From Octopus bimaculoides (Eukaryota): a stretch of DNA of 64,000 nucleotides. A model generated the notes under the pieces. It had not been told where the DNA came from. It searched no databases and was given only the letters and a program-made list of their open reading frames with translations. This document shows, piece after piece, positions 12,881 to 26,101 of this stretch. The stretch lies in contig NC_068990.1 in assembly GCF_001194135.2 (NCBI RefSeq), positions 65,319,191 through 65,383,190 on the forward strand, given 5' to 3'. How positions within the stretch are numbered: the stretch's first letter is position 1; each line of letters begins with the position of its first letter. Position numbers and translations under genes: made by a program.

Positions 12881-13037
12881 TTCACTTATTTTTGTCCTGT
12901 AATTACTGTCCATGTCTTGTATTTATCTCTCGTGTGCATGTTTTTTGCATCTTTGGTGACATCCTGTACCCATATATGCATGCATATATCTATATATATA
13001 TATGTATGTATGTATAGAGTGTTAGCTGTGGTGTACA

Positions 13038-13082
<45 letters not shown>

Positions 13083-13336
13083 NNNNNNNNNNNNNNNNNN
13101 NNNNNNNNNNNNNNNNNNNNNNNNNNNNNNNNNNNNNNNNNNNNNNNNNNNNNNNNNNNNNNNNNNNNNNNNNNNNNNNNNNNNNNNNNNNNNNNNNNNN
13201 NNNNNNNNNNNNNNNNNNNNNNNNNNNNNNNNNNNNNNNNNNNNNNNNNNNNNNNNNNNNNNNNNNNNNNNNNNNNNNNNNNNNNNNNNNNNNNNNNNNN
13301 NNNNNNNNNNNNNNNNNNNNNNNNNNNNNNNNNNNN

Positions 13337-13369
<33 letters not shown>

Positions 13370-13399
13370 ATACTTCTTTTAGTTTCCATTCTCTACATT

Positions 13400-15340
13400 T
13401 AATAAAAGCGGAGAATGAATGGGAGAAAGGGAGATTCCCTCATATGAACCCAACAGAGAGACTGGCTATCCTAGTTGACAGAAGTATGATAGATAAGGCA
13501 ATCAAAGATATGAAAACAGGGAAGACCCTTGGTCCATCAGGAGTCACTGCTGAGAGGCTTAGCATATCTGGTAGAGTAGGATATTGTCTAGTCACTTGCA
13601 TAGTTAATCAGGTTATTCAGAAAGGCGTAATCCCCAGTGATTGGTGTAGTAGCATCATAGTCAGCTGCTATAAGGGTAAGGGAGATACCTTAGATGGAAA
13701 GTTATGGAGTAAGTTATAGCCCAGTTAATTAGGGACAGAAGTAGACTACATGAAATACAGTTTGGCTTTGTCCTATTTTCAAAGTCAGACAACTGCAAAA
13801 CAAGTATTTAGCTAAGAATAAGCTGTTGTACTTAGAATTTCTTGATTTGAAGAAAGCCTTCAGCATAGTCCATTGCTCTGTGATATGGCGGTCTCTGAGG
13901 AAGCTAGAGGTAGACAAATGGCTCATGAAAGCAGTACAGGCCATGTACAGGCAGCTTTTAGTAAGGTAAGGTAAGGTTTGACTATGAATACAATGATGAA
14001 TTTAGTGTACAGGTAGATGTTCATCTAGGCTCAGTCCTCACCCCATTCCTATTCATCATTGTCTTCCAGGCTATAACAGAAATTTAAGATTGGAAGCCCA
14101 TGGGAACTACTATATGCTGATAATCTTGCCCTCATAGCAGAATCCGTAACAGAATTAGAAAAGAAATTCCAGGTGCAGAAACAAAACTAGAAATGAAAGG
14201 ATCTTAAAGTTTATATAGTAAAGGCTAAGGTTCTAGTAAGCAAGAAATGGGACAGAACCTTTCACACTTCACGCAAATAGCCCTGCTCAATCTGCAGGAA
14301 AGGTGTTGGCAGGGACATAGAGGTGCAGGAAGGCTGATAGAGAAAGTAATGTTCATATGTGGAAGATGTACAGGAGTCATACACAGCAAACTGATTTCCT
14401 CACATATCACAGAGACTCTCTAGAAGTAGTAAATAATTTCTGTTACCTAGGTAGCCTAATTTGCAGTAGCGGAGGATGTAATTGCTAGAACAAGAATAGG
14501 ATGGAGAAAGTTCAAAGAACTTTTACCATTGTCGGCAACCAAAGGTCTCTCTTTGAGTGAAAGGAAGATTGTATGAGGCATGTATATGAACTGTAATGCT
14601 ACCTGGTAGTGATATATGGGTCTTGAATGCAGATGATATTTGAAGACTAGAGAGGAATAAAGCTAACATGCTCTGCTGGGTGTGCAATGTCAGTGTACAT
14701 GTATGACAGAGCACTAGTATATTGAGAGAGAATATAGCATTATAAGAATTGGATGCAGTGTGAAAGAGAGAAGACTGTGCTAGTTTGGCCATGTGATGTG
14801 TATAGATAAGCACAGTTGCATATAGAAGTGCTGGTCACTTAAAGTAGATGGAAGTTGTGGAAGAAGGAGACCCAGGGAGACATGGAATGAAGCATTAGAG
14901 GCTGATCTCAAAATGCCAAGACTTTCAAAGAGGCAAAAGGACCGAGGTATATGGCACATTGTTGTATTCAAGAACACCCCCACTACCACAACTGAATTGA
15001 TATCTTAAACCACCTTGGTTCATCAGCCTTCTTCCCTCACCCAGATTTCAGCCCCTAACATCCAAAAAGCACTGGTTTTGGTGCCACATAAAGAGCACTG
15101 GTGCCACATAAAAGAAAGGTGTTGGTGCCATGTAAATAAAAACACTGGTGATAGTGCCACATAAAAATCACTCATGCTGGTGATGGTGTGTAAAAGCACC
15201 TAGTACACTCTGTGACATGAATGGCGCTAGAAAGAGCATTCAGTCATAGAAACCTTGTCAAAACAGTTGATGGAACCTGGTGTGGCTCCTGGCCTTTCTA
15301 GCATGGAAAATGGACGTTAAATGATGATGATGATGATGAT
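13400..15340 (+). mobile_element. RTE-clade LINE, RT to 3' UTR with (GAT)n tail
   Basis: AIKDMKTGKTLGPSGVTAE..IPSDWCSSIIVSCYKGKGD, LDFLDLKKAF and ELLYADNL-like motifs; ends gacgttaaatgatgatgatg. Related pieces at about 11100-11400(+), 17445-17670(-), 26085-27115(-), 30270-30500(+), 39335-40400(+), 51625-52200(-) and 58380-58960(-, endonuclease part). Confidence 0.85.
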
Positions 15341-16124
15341 ATAACTTTATGTGTGTGTATGTAATCATATATGAGTATACATATGTGTGTGTGTGTTTGT
15401 GTGTACAGGTAGACTGAATGGATATGAAGATCACTGCTTAATTACATGGTTACATGGTTTCAAGTTCTATCCTATTGCATGGCACAATGGGCAAGTGTCT
15501 TGACTTGATCAATACCTTTTAAATATTACTTCTGCTGTATAAAAGCGATATTGTTATTTTGAGTGTCATCTTTGATTTTGATGATAAAATATTTAACATT
15601 TTATGAGCTTCCTGATTTCTTCAGTGGAATGCAGAATCTTATATTTTCACAAGATTAGCTCTCAAATGATTGTCCTGATACACTTAGATTGTCAAAAGTG
15701 GTACTCAAAGTTCTTTCAGTTGCAATTTTCTCTGTTGCATGTTTTGCATTAGTATTGCATAAATAAAATGTCTGGTATTATCACCTTTCTGTTTATCAGT
15801 ATTGATTATTATTGAACATTATTTTCACTATTTCAACTACAGAATTAACACAGATCTCTTAAAAATAAAGATCTAAATTAAAGACTTCAATGCTAAAAAA
15901 AAAAAAAACTGGAGTCCTATGAGGCAATAAGAAAAATCTGTTTCTTTAATATTATATCTTTCTTGAAAAGTTTCTTGAAATGTTTTTTTTTATATATTTT
16001 TTAATATCTTTAGTACTGTCCTGTTAAATTTTCACTTCAAACTCTGTTAGAATCAACTTTGTTTTTCCTATCTTTTATTAAATAGAAATTAGTAATATAT
16101 TGGGATCATTTACTTTGGTTATAA

Positions 16125-16175
16125 CTAACCCTAACCCTAACCCTAACCCTAACCCTAACCCTAACCCTAACCCTA
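16125..16175. repeat. Interstitial telomeric repeat (CCCTAA)7+
   Basis: Seven perfect CCCTAA units at 16129-16170 plus partial units. Confidence 0.95.
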
Positions 16176-16257
16176 CACCCTCATAAAACAACTAATCTGT
16201 GCTTGAAAGAAGTCATTTTAACATACATGAATGAAATGTATTTCAAAAGAAACTTAC

Positions 16258-16372
16258 CACTCAAAAGTATTGAAATATGCATCTTTTTACTTGCTTCATA
16301 ACAAGATGATACGTCAGTCTCTTTTTGCTGACCCGAAAAATCAATGAAGCTAAGTTGATATGATATGTCAGC
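16258..16372 (-). CDS. Coding exon 11
   Basis: atttatttatag| ... AGTG|gtaagt; 115 nt, phase 0/1. ADISYQLSFIDFSGQQKETDVSSCYEASKKMHISILLS(G). Confidence 0.85.
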
Positions 16373-16421
16373 CTATAAATAAATATTGTTGCTATAAAAA
16401 GAGATTTCTGACATTAGATGC

Positions 16422-16642
16422 ACAAGAAGGTGCTGGAAAATTCCTGGCTTTGGGCAAAATAAAATACAGGAGGATCAGTTAATCATGATTTTATTCAACA
16501 TATTCCCCTCTCAGATTCACACACTTATTGTAGTGATCCTTCAGTTTTTCTAAGCCTTGTAAAAGAACTGGAGGGTTGGGCCTCCAACCAGGCCTTTCAC
16601 AATACCCTTAATGCCAGGAACTTTACAGCCCCCCCCCCCTTG
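16422..16642. mobile_element. Mariner-type MITE; second copy inverted at about 50077-50293
   Basis: Terminal inverted motif acaag.aggtg.tg.aaaRttcctggc. The internal sequence (ttattcaacatattc.cctctcag...ggcctcca.ccaggcctttc) is shared in reverse complement with 50077-50293. Confidence 0.75.
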
Positions 16643-17057
16643 TATATACAGTAACATTTCCATTCAATAATAACCTAGTTATATTTTGAAATAAAAATTA
16701 ATCTCGTATTTTTCAGTATCAAAATATTTTTTGGCAATAATTCATGAGAGAAATGAATAGATACATTATTTCATTTTTAGGCAAATTTACCAAAATTCTT
16801 CAGTATAAAAAGATTAAATGTCTTGAAAAGATAAGCAATTTGAGACTCTTTATGTTTGACTTGAATTTGAGAACTGAATTTAAACTTTAAGGCATACAAC
16901 AAATTTAATTCACCTACACAAGCCATTCTTTTAAATACCTATGACAAATGATTTGTCATAAGTTCTATTAAATTTCAAAGAAGTTTTTGAGAAGCTCAAC
17001 AATACAGACATAAATCCTAATTCAGACAATATTAAAATATCAAATATTAAAATTTAC

Positions 17058-17132
17058 CGTGTCTAAATTAACCATTACAGGATAATTTACAGTTGCTTGT
17101 CCACTTTTATCAGGTAAAACTGTCCAGTCATT
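17058..17132 (-). CDS. Coding exon 10
   Basis: tttatatttttag| ... ACG|gtaaat; 75 nt, phase 0/0. NDWTVLPDKSGQATVNYPVMVNLDT, parallel to exon 5 (NEW...SPIRFTLE). Confidence 0.85.
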
Positions 17133-20100
17133 CTAAAAATATAAATTATAAAAATATATTAAAATTTCAACTATAGAGAAAAATTTTAAATATTTCTTGT
17201 AAAATTGATTGTGGAACAGTTTTAACTCTTAATTTTTACATTGGTATTATCATGAATTTTTTTAAAACTTTTTTAATTTGCCTCATGAAATTAACAGAAA
17301 ATTGCTTGAATACATGTTTGAATACAACAATCTTATAAGCCTGTCATATTTCTCATAATTCACAACTTCTTAATGAATCCTTAATTAGTGGCTGTTTGCT
17401 GCTCTCTCTCTCTTGCTTAAAAACAATATTGGTTCATCATCATCATCATCTTCATCAGCATCATTTAAGATCTGTTTTCCATGCTGGTATGGGTTGAAAA
17501 GCTTGACAGAAGCTGGCAAGGCCAGAGACCCTGCCAGGTTTCATCATCTGTTTTGGTTTAGTTTCTACAGCTGGATGCCCTTCCTAACACCAACCACTTT
17601 ACAGAGTACACTGGGTGTTTTCTACATGACATCATCACCAGTGCTTTTTATGTGGCACCAGCACTCTTAATGTGCCACCATCTTGAAGGTTTTAGCTGAA
17701 CAAATCAACCACAGTACTAATTTTTTCTTAAGTGTGGTATTTAGTCTATCAGTCTCTTTTGCCAAAGTGTTAAAGTATGTGGATGTAAACAAACCAGCAC
17801 TGGTTGTCAAGTGATGCAAAAAGGCAGATAAACAGACAGACAGACATACACACACATGCACACACTTGCACACATGCGTATGCACACACACACATGTACA
17901 TGACGGGCTTCCATGCAGTTTCTGTCTCCCAAATTCATTCACAAGGCATTGGTCAGTTCGGTGCTATAGTAGAAGACACTTATTCAAGGCACCATTCTGT
18001 GAGTCTGAACCCAAAACCATTTGGTTGCAAACTGAGTTTCTTAATCAAACAGCCATACCTGCACCTCTAGAACTTGCTTGTTTCGCATTTTTTCTTAAGG
18101 ATTCATCCATCGAACACAGACCTTAACTTGCAGCAGTATTAGTAAGCAACTTGTTAATTAAGTACACCAAATCACTCTCTTTTTTTTTTGCAAGGAGAAG
18201 AAGAATTGCTGATATCAAATTTATCTCAAATAATATTCATATAGTATGTAGAAAATTATGCAGGTGAAATCCCAATAGTTAAATAATGTGATAAACAACC
18301 AATGTATATTCAGATATATGGAAAAATATTCTGTCCCTCTCTCTCTTACCTTATTTGCAATTAAGCTATCAGTAGATGATTTACTCATTCAACTCATTCA
18401 CAATCTCCTTTAAGTGATATAAATGATGCTATAAATCTATGTCCCAGAGTGGAAAGAGTCTGTTTTGTATACTGTCTATAGGTACTGATGACAGCTTTCT
18501 AGCCTGATGCAAATGCTTACTCAACATAAGCATTCATCATAAAGACATCATTTACTTACTGTCATACAAGTCAATGAAAGGAACCTCAAAATGGTCCTCT
18601 GTCTTCAAAAATTGCAGCCAAATCGCCTTCAAATTACACCCTACCTTCATAAAAATTGACAAATATATCAGTTAAAGTAACTCTGAACATAATATGCCAG
18701 AAATGAAGACAGTGGTGGGTAGCACCAACTTGATTTTTTCCCAATAAAGAGCTATGCAAACCATGACTGGGTACAAAACAAACTAGAATATTAAACAACC
18801 AAACCAATATTGATCATAAAAGACTTTGTCATGTTAGGAACAACCCAAAACTAATATTATAATGGCAAATGTCACAAGAATAATAAAGAATATATTAGCA
18901 CTTTGTAAACCTCAGAATAGTAGAAATATGTCCCATTTTTATTCTTTGTATGCAACTATTCAATTATGCAAGAAACAGTGTGAAAGTTTATTAAAGAATG
19001 ATGCAGACAGAGTATGTTCTTCATACTGTACAAAATTATGGGATATATTGAGATAGAAATATAAATAGCCTCTGAGTGAGAGTATTTAGAGGTGTTCATT
19101 GGTCAATTCTGATAATGTGAGGAAACTGGCAGTGCAGTGATTACAGGTAATCCATAGTGGATGTAACAGCTGTCTATAATCTGCAGGATTGGGCAACTTG
19201 CTGACATTAGGTAGAAATGGCACTGCTATGAAAAAGTCAAACATGAAGACAACCAAACAGAATTATGACGTTAAAAAAAATACAACAAACAATAGTTGAA
19301 GTGATGTCAATGATCTTCATATCCTATCTGTTCCTTAACAAGGTAACTAAAATATAACTGACACCATAAACATTGCTGGGGCAATAATGTAGAAGGGAGT
19401 GGAAGAATTAGGGTAAAAAGATGAGAGTATGTTTAAAAGAAATATGAGCAAAAAATATATTCTTCGTTCTGAACAACATTTCACTTGATAACAGAGTATA
19501 TAGAAATATAAAGAAAAACCCTTAAGACATTAGATGACAAAAGAGAAACAATAGTATATAACTAAACTGGCACTCCATTGGTTACAATGATGAGGGTACC
19601 AGTTGAACCGATCAACAGAACAGCCTGCTTGTGAAATTAATGTGCAAGTGGCTGAGCACTCTACAGAAATGTGTACCCTTAACGTAGATCTCAGGGAGAT
19701 TCAGTATGACACAGAATGTGATATGGCTTCCCCCTTTGAATTACAGGTACTACTCATTTTTGCCAGCTGAGTGAACTAGAGCAATGTGAAATAAAGTGCC
19801 ATGTCCTTATGATAGTGAGCTGAACACTCATAACCACTAAGCTATGCACCTTCAACAATAGCCTGTAGGTAACTATAAATCCTGATATTTAAGGAAACAG
19901 GAGATAGACTGCATTGGTGGGAATGGTAATAATAAATCCTGGTAAGTTTTAGGAGTTAATATGTTTGATTGCCATAAAGAGTGGGAAAGTTGTTTCAGGC
20001 AATCACCTGTCAGCAGAGTGCAGAATTTAAATAATGGCTGATGCAAACAATCTCTGAGCTATTTATACCATAACTGCAGCATTCATAGAACAACTTTGTT

Positions 20101-20759
20101 GTGAGTTTGAATTACTAGGTATTATGTCAATAGTACATTCCTAGAGTGACTCTCAGTGAGATCTGGTGTGTAATAGAACTAAACTTTCTCCACCATTCTG
20201 ACCATAAATAGCATAATGCATGAAATAAAATTTACAAATCCAAGTGTGTCCAGTGGATGTATATTCTCTGCTTAAAAGTTCTGATTTTTTTTTTACTATC
20301 TGGAAATGCTCTCAAAGAAATAAAATTAGAGCTGCTATAGAAAACAGATTGAGCTTAATATCATTGCCATCAAAGTTTTCATTCTATACATAAGCCTATA
20401 ACACCAATATCACCACATCAGCATGACACAATGTCTCAGTTGATTATGCATATATCATTGTTGCTAGTCAAACATTAATGCTGCTGTGCAATGTTCCTGG
20501 TATACTGGAAATAGCATAAATGTAATCTCCACCAGATTCTCAGTAAAGTGGTAATGAACAACACAGGCAGAAAAAGAAGTAGGAAACTGTTCACATTGCA
20601 GCTTTGTAGTCAAGTGTGTTTATGACTCATTGTTAATGGTATCACTCACAGCTATTATTTACTTATGTTTTTAATTGAAAAAAACAAACAAAAAAAACAG
20701 ATTTTTTGCAAAGTAACAATCATGTAACAAGCCCAGCACTTTGTCTGATAAATGAGCAA

Positions 20760-21400
20760 GGCCTAGACTCATTGCAGTTGAGGAAATTATTGATGATATT
20801 TAGTCTTCAGACAAAGAGTTTACCCTTATGCAGACAATGAGAGTGATTTGGAGAATCAAACTGGTAAAAGGGATGAGAAGAGTAGCAATTTGGGTGAACA
20901 AATATGGTAGTTAAGAGATAGGCTTATTATTGAATTTTTTTGTGACTCTATTAGTCTGAGCTGTATATGCAATTATTTATTGTTTTACTCAGGAACCCAG
21001 GTGAAAGGTAAAATTAGCTACAGGGCCCCAGGTCTGAGAGAGTTAAAGAATGTTAAAGATGTTCATGTTAAAACTAATTAATTACAGTAACAAAATTATA
21101 TTGAAGTATGTTTGTGAATTCAAGTCTCTGATGCATTTAAGGGCTTAACTAATGGAGTTTGGAACCCACAGTACATTTGTACAAGTATGATGTTAAAGCA
21201 GTCTGTACTTAGTGTGAAAATGTGAAAAAGAATTTCCAGATGCACTTATGCAGTTATGGGGTCTGTATTAAGTATAGTGATTGAAAGCGAGATGTTACTA
21301 GGACAACAGAAAGAAAAAGCAAGTGCATAAAGTGGGTTTGGTTGGAAGTACACAGTTGGCTGACTCATGTTGTTCATCATAACTGATGAATTTTCTGGTC
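20760..21400 (+). mobile_element. Highly degraded piggyBac-like transposase remnant
   Basis: Acidic N-terminal stretch, a GP motif and a KW(G/V)-like motif in broken frames. No TIR or TTAA recognised. Confidence 0.35.
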
Positions 21401-22114
21401 AAATGAAAACTATTATGGGAAAGCAAACTACAAGTATAATTTATTTTGGCACTAGATCCATTTTCACTACTTTTACAAAATAAAGAAAAAAATTTAAAAA
21501 GGTTGTTTTATGTTAGAAACAACAACGTAACATATAATTTAGTCGATGATCTAAAGATCTACACCAAAAATATTTACAATGCTGAGAAACAGCTAGACTT
21601 AAAAACATTTTTTGCTGATACAGGGATGGAATTTGCCAAAATAAAAATATTCACCTCAATAATTAAACTGAAAAACTGCTTTGGTCATCCTATCTCCCAT
21701 TTTCCACACAATGTGTGCTACAAATATCTAAGCATTGACAAAAATGTATCTTATAAAGGTACTGTAAACAAAGATTGAGTGATCTAAGTGCATTGCATCA
21801 CACTTGAAAAAAATTTTGCATTCAGATACACCCTATAATACATTTGTTGTACTAGTATGGGTACTAACATTTAGGTGCCAATTAGTACCATTGGTACCAA
21901 CATTTTGGATACTTAACTGGGCTACTGAAAAAATCTAATCCATTGATATTTAAAAGTGCAAGAATCTGATGTCAAGCTCAGAGTCAACATTGATACTCTA
22001 TATCAGAAGATAAGATGTAAGACATTGCTCAAAAAAACATCCTCTAAATAACAGCATCGAGCACAAATACATTGATCAAGCAGTCAAAAGAGAAGAGACC
22101 ATAAATATACTCAC

Positions 22115-22222
22115 AGATGATAAATAAATTTCACAAGTTGCAGATTCTGGTGAGCCATCTTCAAGCATAAACTGTTTTTTATGAGCAGCAAACACAAAAC
22201 AATCGATATTCCGAATTGTTCT
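22115..22222 (-). CDS. Coding exon 9
   Basis: tctttttccttccag| ... TCT|gtgagt; 108 nt, phase 0/0. RTIRNIDCFVFAAHKKQFMLEDGSPESATCEIYLSS, internally homologous to exon 4 (IIRGIPVKTF). Confidence 0.9.
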
Positions 22223-22679
22223 CTGGAAGGAAAAAGATAATTATACTTTTATATGAATATTTAATACAAATTTTTAAAATATGTAAATGAAACAAAAAGT
22301 ATAAAACATTGATTTTTTTTTTTTAGGTGTGGCTATGTGGTAAGCAGTTTGATTCTCAACCACATGGTTCCTGGTTCAGTCCCACTGCATTGCACCTTGA
22401 GCAAGTGTCTTCTACTATAGCCTCAGGCTGACCAAAGCCTTGTGAGTGGATTTGGTGGATGGTAACTGAAAGAAGCCCATCATCGTCGTTGTCGTTTAAC
22501 GTCCGGTTTCCATGCTAGCATAGGTTGGACGATTTGACTGAGGACTGGTGAAACCAGATGGCTACACCAGGNNNNNNNNNNNNNNNNNNNNNNNNNNNNN
22601 NNNNNNNNNNNNNNNNNNNNNNNNNNNNNNNNNNNNNNNNNNNNNNNNNNNNNNNNNNNNNNNNATATATATATATATA

Positions 22680-25110
22680 GGCTATATTAAATCTCTGAGC
22701 AAGAAGCAAACAGTAACAGTACGGAATCGTAAAGTATATTTGCTAACTAAATGTGGCAGTCCCATAGAGGACAATGTAACTGTTGTTTTTAGTCCCAGGA
22801 AGACATCTCCTCCAGCTAGCTATCAACACACGTCCTGTATTGTCCCTCTTTGTAAAAGATATTTATTATCATAATAAAGAAATTGCTGGTGATTTGTCAC
22901 TCTTCTGCATTCGGCTGCTGTTGCTTAGTGAGTTTATTTGATTAATGTATTTTTGTTGTTTTTGAATTATCTGTTGTTTTGTTTGAGGCTGTTTGGAATT
23001 GAACTGTTGTCATCGTTTTGATGAGAATTTTCGCCTTGTGGGCCAGAAAATTGTTTTCTGCATAACTTATTGGACTGTTTTTTGATTTTTTTACCCGTTG
23101 CAGGGTAAAAAATTAATTTTTGTCATTTTGACAAAAATATTTACGATTTTTCTAACGATTTTGGAGGCCATTTGTAAAAATGGAATTGAATTTGTTGTCA
23201 AATGTCAACTTTCTGTTCTCAGTGGAGAATTTCCCTGGAATGAAAGAAAGTAACCAAGTTGGTAACCAGGAAGGAAAGGAAAAGCCAAGTTTCTCTGCTG
23301 CCGTTGGTGGTAATTTTTGTGAATTGGAGGTGTCGAAGGAACAATTATTTAAGTTTTGAAACCTTATAAAGAAAAGGGGTAACGAAAGAAAACTTCTGCC
23401 ACCACAGGACATGATACAAAGCTTAACTGCCAGAATGGTAGTATACAAAATATACAACTGTAAAGAAAAAAAGAATTATGTCAGTGAAGGACGAGGTGGT
23501 AGAGCAGTGTCTCACCCCCATATGGGGAAAAATTACCTATGTCAGTCGAGGACCAAGAAGTGCCACTGTTGAGGCGCAATTCGAGAATGCTGAAACAGCA
23601 AAAGAAATATCGATGCAAACTCTAAAAAGCGATGAGATAATGTTGCTCCTTATCTACCTAGGCCGGAGAACTGCAAAAATAACTATAGAGGAGATACCAG
23701 TTGGCTACAATGTAACATGGATGGCAGCAGCTGTAATTTACAATGTAGAAGAAGAAATAACAATACTTCAAATGAAAAAGCGAGAGGCTCTAAATTGGAA
23801 AGGTCAAACTCTTGAGATGGTAGTTCAAGCCTCAAATGAAATACTTGAATTGAGGCCAGACTGCATTTTTATAGGGACTAAGTGCTAGAGCATCAGTTGA
23901 GGGATGTAGACCCAGATGCTTTAAATGTGGAAAAAAAAGGCACTCATGCTAATCCACAGGGTGGGCAAGGCTGGCAGCAGAAATACCACCTCTGTATTTT
24001 GTAAAGGGATGGTAGAGTATAAGAGTGATGACGTCCTAGGAGAGGCTCTGGGGTTCGATGAGAACCAGCTAGGCAACCTGTTTCAAAAACCTTCAGGTTG
24101 AGGTATTTGGATAATTATCAAAGATCCCTGACCTGGCAGTGTTACAGGGATGCATTGCCTGTCCACGATAAATTATCCAGGCATGGATCAGTGCCACCGG
24201 CATGCCCAAAGTGCAGGCAGGACAAGGAAACTAATTCTGCATGCTCTTGTACAGTGCCCAGAGCTTTTGGGCTTGATAATTTACGTAGAACACATGTTGT
24301 TGCACCTGGGAAGAGTGCAGCTATCAGCTGAGTCTGTGATAAAGATTGTATTGCCAACTGGACTATCAAAGGAAGGTGAGGCATGTTTTCTGTGTATGGT
24401 CGCAGTAATGAAAGAGTGTGCATGGAGAACAAGAATGCAAGGAATCGTGACAGGATCCTTCATCTCCGGCCCTAGTTTGCTATACTACTTCAAGTACCAC
24501 CTGAAGAGCAAGATAGGACTGAGAGAAGACACCTGTCGCGAAGTATATATGAGAAAAGGTGGAAGGATATCATGAAGAAGTTGGGAGTAACTGTCCCTAC
24601 TTCATTCCACCCATGGTAAAAGCAAGGTGTAGTTGCTGAATTTCCAGCCATAGTATTGCGAAAATAAGTTTGTGAAAATTTTAAATTTATATATATATAT
24701 ACATATATATANNNNNNNNNNNNNNNNNNNNNNNNNNNNNNNNNNNNNNNNNNNNNNNNNNNNNNNNNNNNNNNNNNNNNNNNNNNNNNATATATATATA
24801 TATACATACAGTTCATCGAATTTTTAATTATAATCTCACTTAGCACATTTATTTGTTTGTAATGTCCTGTATTGTCCTTCTTTGTAATAGATATTTATTA
24901 TCATAATAAAGAAATTGGTGATTATCACACACAGAAACCCGGGCCTGTGTGTATCACATAAGGCTAGAGATGGGAGTGATGACCTCCCCTCGCAAATACT
25001 AATCAGACACAGAGAGTGTGTCATTAGCCAGCTGGAGGAGATGTCTTCCTGGGGCTAAAAACAACAGTAACATCGTCCTCTATGGGACTGCCACATTTAG
25101 TTGGCAAATA
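22680..25110 (+). mobile_element. Composite element: Tx1/L1-like ORF1 and ORF2 3' end inside direct repeats, inside inverted repeats
   Basis: ORF1-like 23478-23888. ORF2 C-terminus RSLTWQCYRDALPV..CPKCRQDKE / ILHALVQCP (zf-RVT type). DR about 22832-22900 and 24865-24928. IR about 22735-22830 and 25015-25110. Confidence 0.75.
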
Positions 25111-25506
25111 TATTTTATGATATATATATACATATGTATGTGTGTGTGTATGTGTGTGTCTTTGTATCTGTGTTTGTCCCCCACCACTGCTTGACATCTG
25201 GTGTTGGTGTGTTTAAGTTTCTGTAATTTAGTAGTTTGTCAAATGAGATCAAAAGAATAAGTGTCATGCTTCCAAGAAAATCCAATGTGTAGTGCTTGGG
25301 CAAATGTTTTTAAAACAACCTCAAGTAAACCTATGTATATTCCAGAAGTTATTGCTCTTTCATCAGCATCACAACTAACCCATTAACCATCCATAAATAC
25401 ATTGCTTAACTAGCAGCCAAATATAGTAGTGTAGCAATAAATTAAAATGCATTTAAAACTATAAATTAATAGAAAATTATGATATTGTAAATTATTGTTA
25501 GCTTAC

Positions 25507-25679
25507 CAATCCAACATATTCAAAGTCTTTTTTTTGGATGAAACTTTGCATTATGCTCCTAATAAGGTATCCTTCATATGGTGCCTCTCCTAACATCTGT
25601 TTTTCATCTGCAAGTGATGAGTTTTTAATTTTTGATGTTGAACAATTTCCAAGCACATGATTTCTCAAGTATCGAATGC
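25507..25679 (-). CDS. Coding exon 8
   Basis: atttactttaaag| ... TTG|gtaagc; 173 nt, phase 1/0. IRYLRNHVLGNCSTSKIKNSSLADEKQMLGEAPYEGYLIRSIMQSFIQKKDFEYVGL. Confidence 0.9.
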
Positions 25680-26066
25680 CTTTAAAGTAAATTTGTAAAT
25701 AAAAAAAAAATATTTAAAGAAATCAGTGTGTTGGATATCATGAAACAAGGGTAACATTGCAATGTAACTTCACTTCTTAGTCAAAACTATTTCATTTACA
25801 CCTTCAATTATCACATTGTGTTTGCTTATTGGAGTGACTTTGGTTACACTAACTTTATTTTAGGCACTCTATATACAATTTGTGCAATCAAATTAAGGAA
25901 TAGTTAAAACAAGAACAATATTAGAACAAGAGCAATTGTTTGATGCTAAGAATAACAACAACCAGGGCCATTTAAAGGCTAAATCAACTGATTGCTTCTA
26001 ATTAGAGCCTTCAAAATAATGAATAATTATTGTGCTGAATCAAAAGCCTTGCAATATTTTGGTAAC

Positions 26067-26101
<35 letters not shown>

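Noticed and set aside
23152-23457. 101-aa minus-strand ORF in the same orientation as the gene
   Set aside because: It is antisense to the Tx1-like ORF1 region, has no splice sites that fit the gene, and exon 9 already fills this interval.
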